NCBI RefSeq assembly: GCF_006345805.1
Contig: NC_042997.1
Span: forward strand, 95,480,001 to 95,544,000
Direction: 5' to 3'
DNA from: Octopus sinensis
Taxonomy: Eukaryota
DNA: 64,000 nt
Part shown: positions 40,446 to 54,401 of the stretch, one piece after another
Position numbering within the stretch: the first letter of the stretch is position 1
Layout: each line of letters opens with the position of its first letter
Made by a program: the position numbers and the translations under genes
Notes under the pieces: generated by a model
The model's database searches: none
Told to the model about the DNA's origin: nothing
What the model saw: only the letters and a program-made list of their open reading frames with translations

Positions 40446-41599
40446 ATATAAATATTGAGACTGTGATAATGTTTTGACGAATTGATGTAAGGGGGAAATC
40501 AATTTCTGAAATTTACTTCGCAAAGTATTACTTCCCTTCTCCACGTAACCTACGAACAGTGGTTTTCTTCCCCCAGGGGGCTCGTTACTCATTGTGTGAA
40601 CATTTTTAATCGTCTTAAACCATCCCTGGGACGTAGGTAATGTGTTTTCACAGTTTGGAGAAAATCAGTTGAAAAATACGGCTGTTATAATCTTTTACAC
40701 ACATACACACACAGACAGAACGGGATTTACATTATAGATTATGTATGTATAAGTATCTATGTTTCTCTGTATGTTTGTATGAATACATACGTATGTGTAA
40801 TGTGGGGTATGCCTTCGTAAAGGCATATGCCAAGGCTTTTTAAATTTAATTTGTTTTATTATATGTTTCATCTATAGTGTAATTTTCAGTATCATTATAT
40901 CGAAGCATAACAGCTCTTTCGAAAATCAGCCTTAATTCCCTCTAAGTGTCATGCAGTGCAATCAGTTCAATCCAGACCGTTCTAGTGATTATTGTATTGT
41001 CGGTGCTCATCGAATAACTCTATAGTTTTCCAGAGGCATTCGATATTATAAACATTTGTATGCAACGATAAAAGATGTCAGATGATGCTACGGAAAACAT
41101 TATTCAGATAGCTATGAGAATTTCTTTGTTGATGATTCTTGCATTCATAATTCATTTATTCTTTTCTTATCCACTCCATTCCATAAAACTTGACTGTTAT
41201 CGGTAGGAACTCATTGACATCTAATTTCAACGATATTCAGCGTAGTGATAATTGTTCAAACAAACAATGCCCACTATTGTTACAAAATATTCAATAGAAA
41301 ATTAATATTCGAAGATGTGGAAATTAATCCAATGCAACCACTTTGTATCTATAGATAGAATTTTAACTTATTTTCATATTCATGTACATTTTTATAAATT
41401 CCATCTTAATGTACAACTACTTCATGTGAACTCTGGTAGAATATAGTTTTCTAACGACGTCATTGGCTATAGTTCATGAGATCTTTTTCTAAAACACCAC
41501 ATTATAACATTACAAAGAGCTTTCAAATACAAGGAGTATATATATAGAGAGACTTAGTATTTTATAATATTTATATTATATATATATTATATATATATA

Positions 41600-44500
41600 T
41601 ACTAAGCAATAAGGGTTTAGCAACGAATTGCCTTACCACATACCGAATTTAGAAATAGCAGTCAAAGGGTTATAGCTATTTCTTCTACTAAAAAGGGAGA
41701 TCTCAGTAAAACACCGCATTGGGAGAGGCACACACAAGGTAACAGGTAGAGAGAGACTTGCAATCTATCATACTTTTTTTAGTTATCCACGGACGTACGT
41801 TTCGAAATCAATTTTTAGGAAGAGCATAGAATAAATTAAATATTAATATTAACTATTCTATCTTACCGAAACTTCTTTTCTTTTCAGCGTAGAATACTAT
41901 AATAATGAAATATGATATATTGAATTTTGAGATACCAGAAGGAACAGGCCAACTCAACTCAGTATCAGAGCGAGCTAGAATCCGCAAATGGTATCACCGA
42001 ATTCAATTTGTGAATGAAACGATTGTGTCAACATCCCCTTCCCACCCGCGTGTAGCCAGAAACAAGATGCTGTGGTCATCTACTGAGATAAAATATGGTT
42101 ATCCGACTAATAGAAGGGTGAAATTAATTAATTTGGAAAAATATCAATTACACCAAGTAGTCTTCGCATGTAAAAGCCTCATTCGAGGAAAATTTAAGTA
42201 ATACTAAGCATAAGGGTTTAGCAACGAATTGCCTTACCACATACCGATTTAGAAATAGCAGTCAAAGGGTTATAGCTATTTCTTCTACTAAAAAGGGAGA
42301 TCTCAGTAAAAACAGCATTTGGAAGGCAGACACAAACAGGTAGTAAAATAAAATGAATTGACAATCTATCACTACATTTTTTTAGTTATCCACGGACGTA
42401 CGTTTCGAAATCAAGTTTTTAGGAAAGCATAAGAATTAAATATTAAATATTAATAATTCTATCTTACCGAAACTTCTTTTCTCTTCAGCGTAGAATACTA
42501 TAATCATAAATGATTATATATTGAATTTTGAGATACCAGAAGGCACCAACTCAACTCAGTATCAGAGCGAGCTAGAATCCGCAACTGGTATCACCGAATT
42601 CAATTTGTGAATGACGATTGTTGGTTCAACAACCCCTTCCCACCCGCGTGTAGCCAAAACAAGATGCTGTGGTCATCTACTGAGATAAAATATGGTTATC
42701 CGTAATAATGAAGGGTGAAATTAATTAATTTGGAAAAATTATCAATTACACCAAGTAGTCTTCGGCATGTAAAAGCCTCATTCGAGGAAAATTTAAGTAA
42801 TACTAAGCAATAAGGGTTTAGCAACGAATTGCCTTACCACATACCGAATTTAGAAATAGCAGTCAAAGGGTTATAGCTATTTCTTCTACTAAAAAGGGAG
42901 ATCTCAGTAAAAACAGCATTTGAAGGCAGACACAACAGGTAAAGAGAATGAATTGACTGCAATCTATCATACATTTTTTTAGTTATCCACGGACGTACGT
43001 TTCGAATCAAGTTTTTAGGAAAGCATAAGAATTAAATATTAATATTAAATAATTCTTCTTACCGAACTTCTTTTCTCTCTTCAGCGTAGAATACTATAAT
43101 CATAAATGATTATATATTGAATTTTGAGATACCAGAAGGCACCAACTCAACTCAGTCAGAGCGAGCTAGAATCCGCAACTGGTATCACCGAATTCAATTT
43201 GTGAATGAAACGATTGTGTCAACATCCCCTTCCCACCCGCGTGTAGCCAAAACAATGCTGTGGTCATCTACTGAGATAAAATATGGTTATCCGTAATAAT
43301 GAAGGGTGAAATTAATTAATTTGGAAAAATTATCAATTACACACAAGTATCTTCGGCATGTAAAAGCCTCATTCGAGGAAAATTTAAGTAATACTAAGCA
43401 ATAAGGGTTAGCAACGAATTGCCTTACCACATACCGAATTTAGAAATAGCAGTCAAAGGGTTATAGCTATTTCTTCTACTAAAAAGGGAGATCTCAGTAA
43501 AAACAGCATTTGGAAGGCAGACACAAACAGGTAAGAGAGAATGAATTGACTGCTCTATCATACATTTTTTTAGTTATCCACGGACGTACGTTTCGAAATC
43601 AAGTTTTTAGGAAGCATAAGAATTAAATATTAAATATTAAATAATTCTATCTTACCGAAACTTCTTTTCTTCAGCGTAGAATACTATAATCATAAATGAT
43701 TATATATTGAATTTTGAGATACCAGAAGGCACCAACTCAACTCAGTATCAGAGCGAGCTAGAATCCGCAACTGGTATCACCGAATTCAATTTGTGATGAA
43801 ACGATTGTGTCAACATCCCCTTCCCACCGCGTGTAGCCAAAACAAGATGCTGTGGTCATCTACTGAGATAAAATATGGTTATCCGTAATAATGAAGGGTG
43901 AAATTAATTAATTTGGAAAAATTATCAATTACACCAAGTAGTCTTCGGCATGTAAAAGCCTCATTCGAGGAAAATTTAAGTATACTAAGCATAAGGGTTT
44001 AGCAACGAATTGCCTTACCACATACCGAATTTAGAAATAGCAGTCAAAGGGTTATAGCTATTTCTTCTACTAAAAAGGGAGATCTCAGTAAAAACAGCAT
44101 TTGGAAGGCAGACACAACAGGTAAGAGAGAATGAATTGACTGCAATCTATCATACATTTTTTTAGTTATCCACGGACGTACGTTTCGAAATCAAGTTTTT
44201 AGGAAAGCATAAGAATAAATATTAAATATTAAATAATTCTATCTTACCGAACCTCTTCTTTCTCTTCAGCGTAGAATACTATAATCATAATGATTATATA
44301 TTGAATTTTGAGATACCAGAAGGCACCAACTCACTCAGTATCAGAGCGAGCTAGAATCCGCAACTGGTATCACCGAATTCAATTTGTGAATGAAACGATT
44401 GTGTCAACATCCCCTTCCCACCCGCGTGTAGCCAAAACAAGATGCTGTGGTCATCTACTGAGATAAAATATGGTTATCCGTATAATGAAGGGTGAAATTA

Positions 44501-47500
44501 ATTAATTTGGAAAAATTATCAATTACACCAAGTAGTCTTCGGCATGTAAAAGCCTCATTCGAGAAAATTTAAGTAATACTAAGCAATAAGGGTTTAGCAA
44601 CGAATTGCCTTACCACATACCGAATTTAGAAATAGCAGTCAAAGGGTTATAGCTATTTCTTCTACTAAAAAGGGAGATCTCAGTAAAAACAGCATTTGGA
44701 AGGCAGACACAAACAGGTAAGAGAGAATGAATTGACTGCAATCTATCATACATTTTTTTAGTTATCCACGGACGTACGTTTCGAAATCAAGTTTTTAGGA
44801 AAGCATAAGAATTAAATATTAAATATTAAATAATTCTATCTTACCGAAACTTCTTTTCTCTTCAGCGTAGAATACTATAATCATAAATGATTATATATTG
44901 AATTTTGAGATACCAAAGGCACCAACTCAACTCAGTATCAGAGCGAGCTAGAATCCGCAACTGGTATCACCGAATTCAATTTGTGAATGAAACGATTGTG
45001 TCAACCCCCCTCCCACCCGCGTGTAGCCAAAACAAGATGCTGTGGTCATCTACTGAGATAAAATATGGTTATCCGTAATAATGAGGGTGAAATTAATTAA
45101 TTTGGAAAAATTATCAATTACACCAAGTAGTCTTCGGCATGTAAAAGCCTCATTCGAGGAAAATTTAAGTAATACTAAGCAATAAGGGTTTAGCAACGAT
45201 TGCCTTACCACATACCGAATTTAGAAATAGCAGTCAAAGGTTATAGCTATTTCTTCTACTAAAAAGGGAGATCTCAGTAAAAACAGCATTTGGAAGGCAG
45301 ACACAAACAGGTAAGAGAGAATGAATTGACTGCAATCTATCATACATTTTTTTAGTTATCCACGGACGTACGTTTCGAAATCAAGTTTTTAGGAAGCATA
45401 AGAATTAATATTAATATTAAATAATTCTATCTTACCGAAACTTCTTTTCTCTTCAGCGTAGAATACTATAATCATAAATGATTATATATTGAATTTTGAG
45501 ATACCAGAAGGCACCAACTCAACTCAGTATCAGAGCGAGCTAGAATCCGCAACTGGTATCACCGAATTCAATTGTGAATGAAACGATTGTGTCAACATCC
45601 CCTTCCCACCCGCGTGTAGCCAAAACAAGATGCTGTGGTCATCTACTGAGATAAAATATGGTATCCGTAATAATGAGGGTGAAATTAATTAATTTGGAAA
45701 AATTATCAATTACACCAAGTAGTCTTCGGCATGTAAAAGCCTCATTCGAGAAATTTAAGTAATACTAAGCAATAAGGGTTTAGCAACGAATTGCTTACCA
45801 CATACCGAATTAGAAATAGCAGTCAAAGGGTTATAGCTATTTCTTCTACTAAAAAGGGAGATCTCAGTAAAAACAGCATTTGGAAGGCAGACACAAACAG
45901 GTAAGAGAGAATGAATTGACTGCAATCTATCATACATTTTTTTAGTTATCCATCCACGAACGTACGTTCGAAATCAAGTTTTAGGAAAGCATAAGAATAA
46001 AATATTAAATATAAATAATTCTATCTTACCGAAACTTCTTTTCTCTTCAGCGTAGAATACTATAATCATAAATGATTATATATTGAATTTTGAGATACCA
46101 GAAGGCACCAACTCAACTCAGTATCAGAGCGAGCTAGAATCCGCAACTGGTATCACCGAATTCAATTTGTGAATGAAACGATTGTGTCAACATCCCCTTC
46201 CCACCCGCGTGTAGCCAAAACAAGATGCTGTGGTCATCTACTGAGATAAAATATGGTTATCCGTAATAATGAAGGGTGAAATTAATTAATTTGGAAAAAT
46301 TCAATTACAATCCACCAAGTAGTCTTCGGCATGCAAAAGCCTCATTCGAGGAAAATTTAAGTAATACTAAGCAATAAGGGTTTAGCAACGAATTGCCTTA
46401 CCACATACCGAATTTAGAAATAGCAGTCAAAGGGTTATAGCTATTTCTTCTACTAAAAAGGGAGATCTCAGTAAAAACAGCATTTGGAAGGCAGACACAA
46501 ACAGGTAAGAGAGAATGAATTGACTGCAATCTATCATACATTTTTTAGTTATCCACGGACGTACGTTTCGAAATCAAGTTTTTAGGAAAGCATAAGAATT
46601 AAATATTAAATATTAAATAATTCTATCTTACCGAAACTTCTTTTCTCTTCAGCGTAGAATACTATAATCATAAATGATTATATATTGAATTTTGAGATAC
46701 CAGAAGGCACCAACTCAACTCAGTATCAGAGCGAGCTAGAATCCGCAACTGGTATCACCGAATTCAATTTGTGAATGAAACGATTGTGTCAACATCCCCT
46801 CCCACCCGCGTGTAGCCAAAACAAGATGCTGTGGTCATCTACTGAGATAAAATATGGTTATCCGTAATAATGAAGGGTGAAATTAATTAATTTGGAAAAA
46901 TTATCAATTACACCAAGTAGTTTTCGGCATGTAAAAGCCTCATTCGAGGAAAATTTAAGTAATACTAAGCAATGGGTTTAGCAACGAATTGCCTTACCAC
47001 ATACCGAATTTAGAAATAGCAGTCAAGGGTTATAGCTATTTCTTCTACTAAAAAGGGAGATCTCAGTAAAAACAGCATTTGGAAGGCAGACACAAACAGG
47101 TAAGAGAGAATGAATTGACTGCAATCTATCATACATTTTTTTAGTTATCCACGGACGTACGTTTCGAAATCAAGTTTTTAGGAAAGCATAAGAATTAAAT
47201 ATTAAATATTAAATAATTCTATCTTACCGAAACTTCTTTTCTCTTCAGCGTAGATATACTATAATCATAAATGATTATATATTGAATTTTGAGATACCAG
47301 AAGGCACCAACTCAACTCAGTATCAGAGCGAGCTAGAATCCGCAACTGGTATCACCGAATTCAATTTGTGAATGAAACGATTGTGTCAACATCCCCTTCC
47401 CACCCGCGTGTAGCCAAAACAAGATGCTGTGGTCATCTACTGAGATAAAATATGGTTATCCGTAATAATGAAGGTGAAATTAATTAATTTGGAAAAATTA

Positions 47501-47834
47501 TCAATTACACCAAGTAGTCTTCGGCATGTAAAAGCCTCATTCGAGGAAAATTTAAGTAATACTAAGCAATAAGGGTTTAGCAACGAATTGCCTTACCACA
47601 TACCGAATTAAAATAGCAGTCAAAGGTTATAGCTATTTCTTCTACTAAAAAGGGAGATCTCAGTAAAAACAGCATTTGGAAGGCAGACACAAACAGGTAA
47701 GAGAGAATGAATTGACTGCAATCTATCATACATTTTTTTAGTTATCCACGGACGTACGTTTCGAAATCAAGTTTTTAGGAAAGCAAAGAATTAAATATTA
47801 AATATTAAATAATTCTATCTTACCGAAACTTCTT
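41600..47834 (-). repeat. Hammerhead satellite array 1, left arm: 10 full ~597-bp units plus a partial unit; ribozymes on the minus strand
   Basis: Unit start tactaagc at about 41600, 42202, 42801, 43391, 43983, 44577, 45173, 45763, 46364, 46963, 47560; each full unit contains the reverse complement of CTGAAGAG...CGAAACGTACGTC. Confidence 0.95.
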
Positions 47835-50800
47835 CACACAATCGTTTCATTCACAAATTGAAATCGGTGATACCAGTTGCGGATTCTAGCTCGCTCTGAT
47901 ACTGAGTTGAGTTGGTGCCTTCTGGTATCTCAAAATTCAATTATAATCATTATGATTATAGTATTCTACGCTGAAGAGAAAAGAAGTTTCGTAAGATAGA
48001 ATTATTTAATATTTAATATTTAATTCTTATGCTTTCCTAAAAACTTGATTTCGAAACGTACGTCCGTGGATAACTAAAAAATGTATGATAGATTGCAGTC
48101 AATTCATTCTCTCTTACCTGTTTGTGTCTGCCTTCCAAATGCTGTTTTTACTGAGATCTCCCTTTTTAGTAGAAGAAATAGCTATAACCCTTTGACTGCT
48201 ATTTCTAAATTCGGTATGTGGTAAGGCAATTCGTTGCTAAACCCTTATTGCTTAGTATTACTTAAATTTTCCTCGAATGAGGCTTTTACATGCCGAAGAC
48301 TACTTGGTGTAATTGATAATTTTTCCAAATTAATTAATTTCACCCTTCATTATTACGGATAACCATATTTTATCTCAGTAGATGACCACAGCATCTTGTT
48401 TTGGCTACACGCGGGTGGGAAGGGGATGTTGACACAATCGTTTCATTCACAAATTGAATTCGGTGATACACCAGTTGCGGATTCTAGCTCGCTCTGATAC
48501 GGAGTTGAGTTGGTGCCTTCTGGTATCTCAAAATTCAATATATAATCATTTATGATTATAGTATTCTACGCTGAAGAGAAAAGAAGTTTCGGTAAGATAG
48601 AATTATTTAATATTTAATATTTAATTCTTATGCTTCCTAAAAACTTGATTTCGAAACGTACGTCCGTGGATAACTAAAAAAATGTATGATAGATTGCAGT
48701 CAATTCATTCTCTCTTACCTGTTTGTGTCTGCCTTCCAAATGCTGTTTTTACTGAGATCTCCCTTTTTAGTAGAAGAAATAGCTATAACCCTTTGACTGC
48801 TATTTCTAAATTCGGTATGTGGTAAGGCAATTCGTTGCTAACCCTTTTGCTTAGTATTACTTAAATTTTCCTCGAATGAGGCTTTTACATGCCGAAGACT
48901 ACTTGGTGTAATTGATAATTTTTCCAAATTAATTAATTTCACCCTTCATTATTACGGATAACCATATTTTATCTCAGTAGATGACCACAGCATCTTGTTT
49001 TGGCTACACGCGGGTGGGAAGGGATGTTGACACAATCGTTTCATTCACAAATTGAATTCGGTGATACCAGTTGCGGATTCTAGCTCGCTCTGATACTGAG
49101 TTGAGTTGGTGCCTTCTGGTATCTCAAAATTCAATATATAATCATTTATGATTATAGTATTCTACCTGAAGAGAAAAGAAGTTTCGGTAAGATAGAATTA
49201 TTTAATATTTAATATTTAATTCTTATGCTTTCCTAAAAACTTGATTTCGAAACGTACGTCCGTGGATAACTAAAAAAATGTATGATAGATTGCAGTCAAT
49301 TCATTCTCTCTTACCTGTTTGTGTCTGCCTTCCAAATGCTGTTTTTACTGAGATCTCCCTTTTTAGTAGAAGAAATAGCTATAACCCTTGACTGCTATTT
49401 CTAAATTCGGTATGTGGTAAGGCAATTCGTTGCTAAACCCTTATTGCTTAGTATTACTTAATTTTTCCTCGAATGAGGCTTTTACATGCCGAAGACTACT
49501 TGGTGTAATTGATAATTTTTCCAAATTATTAATTTCACCCTTCATTATTACGGATAACCATATTTTATCTCAGTAGATGACCACAGCATCTTGTTTTGGC
49601 TACACGCGGGTGGGAAGGATGTTGACACAATCGTTTCATTCATTCACAAATTGAATTCGGTGATACCAGTTGCGGATTCTAGCTCGCTCTGATACTGAGT
49701 TGAGTTGGTGCCTTCTGGTATCTCAAAATTCAATATATAATCATTTATGATTATAGTATTCTACGCTGAAGAGAAAAGAAGTTTCGGTAAGATAGAATTA
49801 TTTAATATTTAATATTAATTCTTATGCTTTCCTAAAAACTTGATTTCGAAACGTACGTCCGTGGATAACTAAAAAAATGTATGATAGATTGCAGTCAATT
49901 CATTCTCTCTTACCTGTTTGTGTCTGCCTTCCAAATGCTGTTTTTACTGAGATCTCCCTTTTTAGTAGAAGAAATAGCTATAACCCTTTGACTGCTATTT
50001 CTAAATTCGGTATGTGGTAAGGCAATTCGTTGCTAAACCCTTATTGCTTAGTATTACTTAAATTTTCCTCGAATGAGGCTTTTACATGCCGAAGACTACT
50101 TGGTGTAATTGATAATTTTTCCAAATTAATTAATTTCACCCTTCATTATTACGGATAACCATATTTTATCTCAGTAGATGACCACAGCATCTTGTTTTTG
50201 CTACACGCGGTGGGAAGGGGATGTTGACACAATCGTTTCATTCACAAATTGAATTCGGTGATACCAGTTGCGGATTCTAGCTCGCTCTGATACTGAGTTG
50301 AGTTGGTGCCTTCTGGTATCTCAAAATTCAATATATAATCATTTATGATTATAGTTTCTACGCTGAAGAGAAAAGAAGTTTCGGTAAGATAGAATTATTT
50401 AATATTTAATATTTAATTCTTATGCTTTCCTAAAAACTTGATTTCGAAACGTACGTCCGTGGATAACTAAAAAAATGTATGATAGATTGCAGTCAATTCA
50501 TTCTCTCTTACCTGTTTGTGTCTGCCTTCCAATGCTGTTTTTACTGAGATCTCCCTTTTTAGTAGAAGAAATAGCTATAAACCTTGACTGCTATTTCTAA
50601 ATTCGGTATGTGGTAAGGCAATTCGTTGCTAAACCCTTATTGCTTAGTATTACTTAAATTTTCCTCGAATGAGGCTTTTACATGCCGAAGACTACTTGGT
50701 GTAATTGATAATTTTTCCAAATTAATTTTTTCACCCTTCATTATTACGGATAACCATATTTTATCTCAGTAGATGACCACACAGCATCTTGTTTTGGCTA

Positions 50801-53149
50801 CACGCGGGGGGAAGGGGATGTTGACACAATCGTTTCATTCACAAATTGAATTCGGTGATACCAGTTGCGGATTCTAGCTCGCTCTGATACTGAGTTGAGT
50901 TGGTGCCTTCTGGTATCTCAAAATTCAATATAATCATTTATGATTATAGTATTCTACTACGCTGAAGAGAAAAGAAGTTTCGGTAAGATAGAATTATTAA
51001 TATTTAATATTTAATTCTTATGCTTTCCTAAAAACTTGATTTCGAAACGAACGTACGTCGTGGATAACTAAAAAAATGTATGATAGATTGCAGTCAATTC
51101 ATTCTCTCTTACCTGTTTGTGTCTGCCTTCCAAATGCTGTTTTTACTGAGATCTCCCTTTTTAGTAAGAAATAGCTATAACCCTTTGACTGCTATTTCTA
51201 AATTCGGTATGTGGTAAGGCAATTCGTTGCTAAACCCTTATTGCTTAGTATTACTTAAATTTTCCTCGAATGAGGCTTTTACATGCCGAAGACTACTTGG
51301 TGTAATTGATAATTTTTCCATTAATTAATTTCACCCTTCATTATTACGGATAACCATATTTTATCTCAGTAGATGACCACAGCATCTTGTTTTGGCTACA
51401 CGCGGGTGGGAAGGGGATGTTGACACAATCGTTTCATTCACAAATTGAATTCGGTGATACCAGTTGCGGATTCTAGCTCGCTCTGATACTGAGTGAGTTG
51501 GTGTGCCTTCTGGTATCTCAAAATTCATATATAATCATTTATGATTATAGTATTCTACGCTGAAGAGAAAAGAAGTTTCGGTAAGATAGAATTATTTAAT
51601 ATTTAATATTTAATTCTTATGCTTTCCTAAAAACTTGATTTCGAAACGTACGTCCGTGGATAACTAAAAAAATGTATGATAGATTGCAGTCAATTCATTC
51701 TCTCTTACCTGTTTGTGTCTGCCTTCCAAATGCTGTTTTTACTGAGATCTCCCTTTTTAGTAGAAGAAATAGCTATAACCCTTTGACTGCTATTTCTAAA
51801 TTCGGTATGTGGTAAGGCAATTCGTTGCTAAACCCTTATTGCTTAGTATTACTTAATTTTCCTCGAATGAGGCTTTTACATGCATGCCGAAGACTACTTG
51901 GTGTAATTGATAATTTTTCCAAATTAATTAATTTCACCCTTCATTATTACGGATAACCATATTTTATCTCAGTAGATGACCACAGCATCTTGTTTTGGCT
52001 ACACCGGGTGGGAAGGGGATGTTGACACAATCGTTTCATTCACAATTGAATTCGTGATACCAGTTGCGGATTCTAGCTCGCTCTGATACTGAGTTGATTT
52101 GGTGCCTTCTGGTATCTCTCAAAATTCAATATATAATCATTTATGATTATAGTATTCTACGCTGAAGAGAAAAGAAGTTTCGGTAAGATAGAATTATTTA
52201 ATATTTAATATTTAATTCTTATGCTTTCCTAAAAACTTGATTTCGAAACGTACGTCCGTGGATAACTAAAAAATGTATGATAGATTGCAGTCAATTCATT
52301 CTCTCTTACTGTTTTTGTGTCTGCCTTCCAAATGCTGTTTTTACTGAGATCTCCCTTTTTAGTAGAAGAATAGCTATAACCCTTTGACTGCTATTCTAAA
52401 TTCGGTATGTGGTAAGCAATTCGTTGCTAACCCTTATTGCTTAGTATTACTTAAATTTTCCTCCTCGAATGAGGCTTTTACATGCCGAAGACTACTGGTG
52501 TAATTGATAATTTTTCCAAATTAATTAATTTCACACCTTCATTATTACGGATAACCATATTTTATCTCAGTAGATGACCACAGCATCTTGTTTTGGCTAC
52601 ACGCGGGTGGGAAGGGGATGTTGACACAATCGTTTCATTCACAATTGAATTCGGTGATACCAGTTGCGGATTCTAGCTCGCTCTGATACTGAGTTGAGTT
52701 GGTGCCTTCTGGTATCTCAAAATTCAATAATAATCATTTATGATTATAGTATTCTAACGCTGAAGAGAAAAGAAGTTTCGGTAAGATAGAATTATTTAAT
52801 ATTAATATTTAATTCTTATGCTTTCAAAAACTTGATTTCGAAACGTACGTCCGTGGATAACTAAAAAAATGTATGATAGATTGCAGTCAATTCATTCTCT
52901 CTTACCTGTTTGTGTCTGCCTTCCAAATGCTGTTTTTACTGAGATCTCCCTTTTTAGTAGAAGAATAGCTATAACCCTTTGACTGCTATTTCTAAATTCG
53001 GTATGTGGTAAGGCAATTCGTTGCTAAACCCTTATTGCTTAGTATTACTTAAATTTTCCTCGAATGAGGCTTTTACATGCCGAAGACTACTTGGTGTAAT
53101 TGATAATTTTTCCAAATTAATTAATTTCACCCTTCATTATTACGGATAA
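47835..53149 (+). repeat. Hammerhead satellite array 1, right arm (inverted relative to left arm): ~9 units; ribozymes on the plus strand
   Basis: CTGAAGAG at about 47971, 48571, 49166, 49766, 50363, 50962, 51560, 52162, 52760; array ends ...ggataac|(TA)n at 53149. Confidence 0.95.
48559..48676 (+). ncRNA. Type I hammerhead ribozyme, family 1 (representative copy); predicted cleavage after GUC at 48664
   Basis: UAGU-AU-UCUACG [CUGAAGA] GAAA-AG-AAGUUU...AAACUU-GA-UUUC [GAAA]C-GUAC-GUC CGUGGA-UA-ACUA. Helix I is 6 bp plus a 2x2 loop plus 4 bp; all catalytic core nucleotides are present. Confidence 0.9.
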
Positions 53150-54111
53150 CTATATATATATATATATATTATATATATTATATATATATTATTGTATGTA
53201 TGTTTATGTTTTTTCTCATAGAAATATATATATGTATGTATATGTATATATGTATGTATGTATGTATGTATATATATATGTGTGTGTGTATGCATATATA
53301 TGCATATATATATGTATATGCACTTATACATACACACTATACACGCATACACACGCGCATATATACACATACACACATACAGATACACACGCACCACACG
53401 ACTCTGTGCACACACATCCACACCTACATACACACGCACACGCACATATACACACCGCAAACACACACGCACACGTACACCTAACTACACGCACATAAAC
53501 GCAGATACACAAAAGCACACCACGCACCGCATACACGTACATTGACGCACATACATACAACACACACGCACGCACGCAAACACAGAGCAACACACATATA
53601 CTCCACAGACACAACCCCACGCACATACATGCATACATACACAAACGCACACACACAGATGCATGCACACTTCACACACACATCATATGCATACACGCAC
53701 ACAGGTAAATACAGATGTACACACTAGTTCAACTGCTCGTGAAACACCTTTCTACTGATCATTCCCCTATGCACATGTGAAAACACACTACACAATGGAC
53801 AGCCATTTCTACAACTAAATCCTCATACAACAGCAAGCGACACAATGTTCACTCACATACATATATAAACAGCCAAAACCATACACACATACGCAACACA
53901 TACACACGCATACGCACACACGTGGTATTACACACACACCAACCTGCGCGCACGCATATACCTCCATATACACCGCACATACCTCCTTCTCTTCACTCTC
54001 CTGTCTTAGAAATAACTTTTTCTTCACCCATTCTCTTCCGGTTGTTTCAAAATATAACCACATGTGAGCCGTTTTCTTCTTCCACTCTTCCTTTCTTTTG
54101 GACTACCCTCT

Positions 54112-54147
54112 GCTTCCGAAGAAGAGCGTCTGCTCGAAACGTTAAAC
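54112..54147 (+). ncRNA. Degenerate minimal hammerhead (PLE-type); duplicate at 56235-56270
   Basis: CCGAAGA-A-GAGcgtctgCTC-GAAAC-GTT: core U4 changed to C. Confidence 0.45.
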
Positions 54148-54235
54148 CATCTTTACTTTCCTGAGCGTCTGCTAATACATTACATGTACCACATCCTCGC
54201 GTTGTTGTTTTCTGTTGGTTCTTTTTGGGATTTGC

Positions 54236-54289
<54 letters not shown>

Positions 54290-54291
54290 TA

Positions 54292-54335
<44 letters not shown>

Positions 54336-54401
54336 GGTGTGTGTATGTGTGGTGTGTCTATGTATATATATATATGCTGATGCCAAAAATTAAAGGTCTG
54401 A

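Noticed and set aside
41905-42201. 98-aa ORF in the first satellite unit and 60-aa ORF at 45755-45937
   Set aside because: Open only in single indel-bearing copies and broken in the other units; no recognisable domain.
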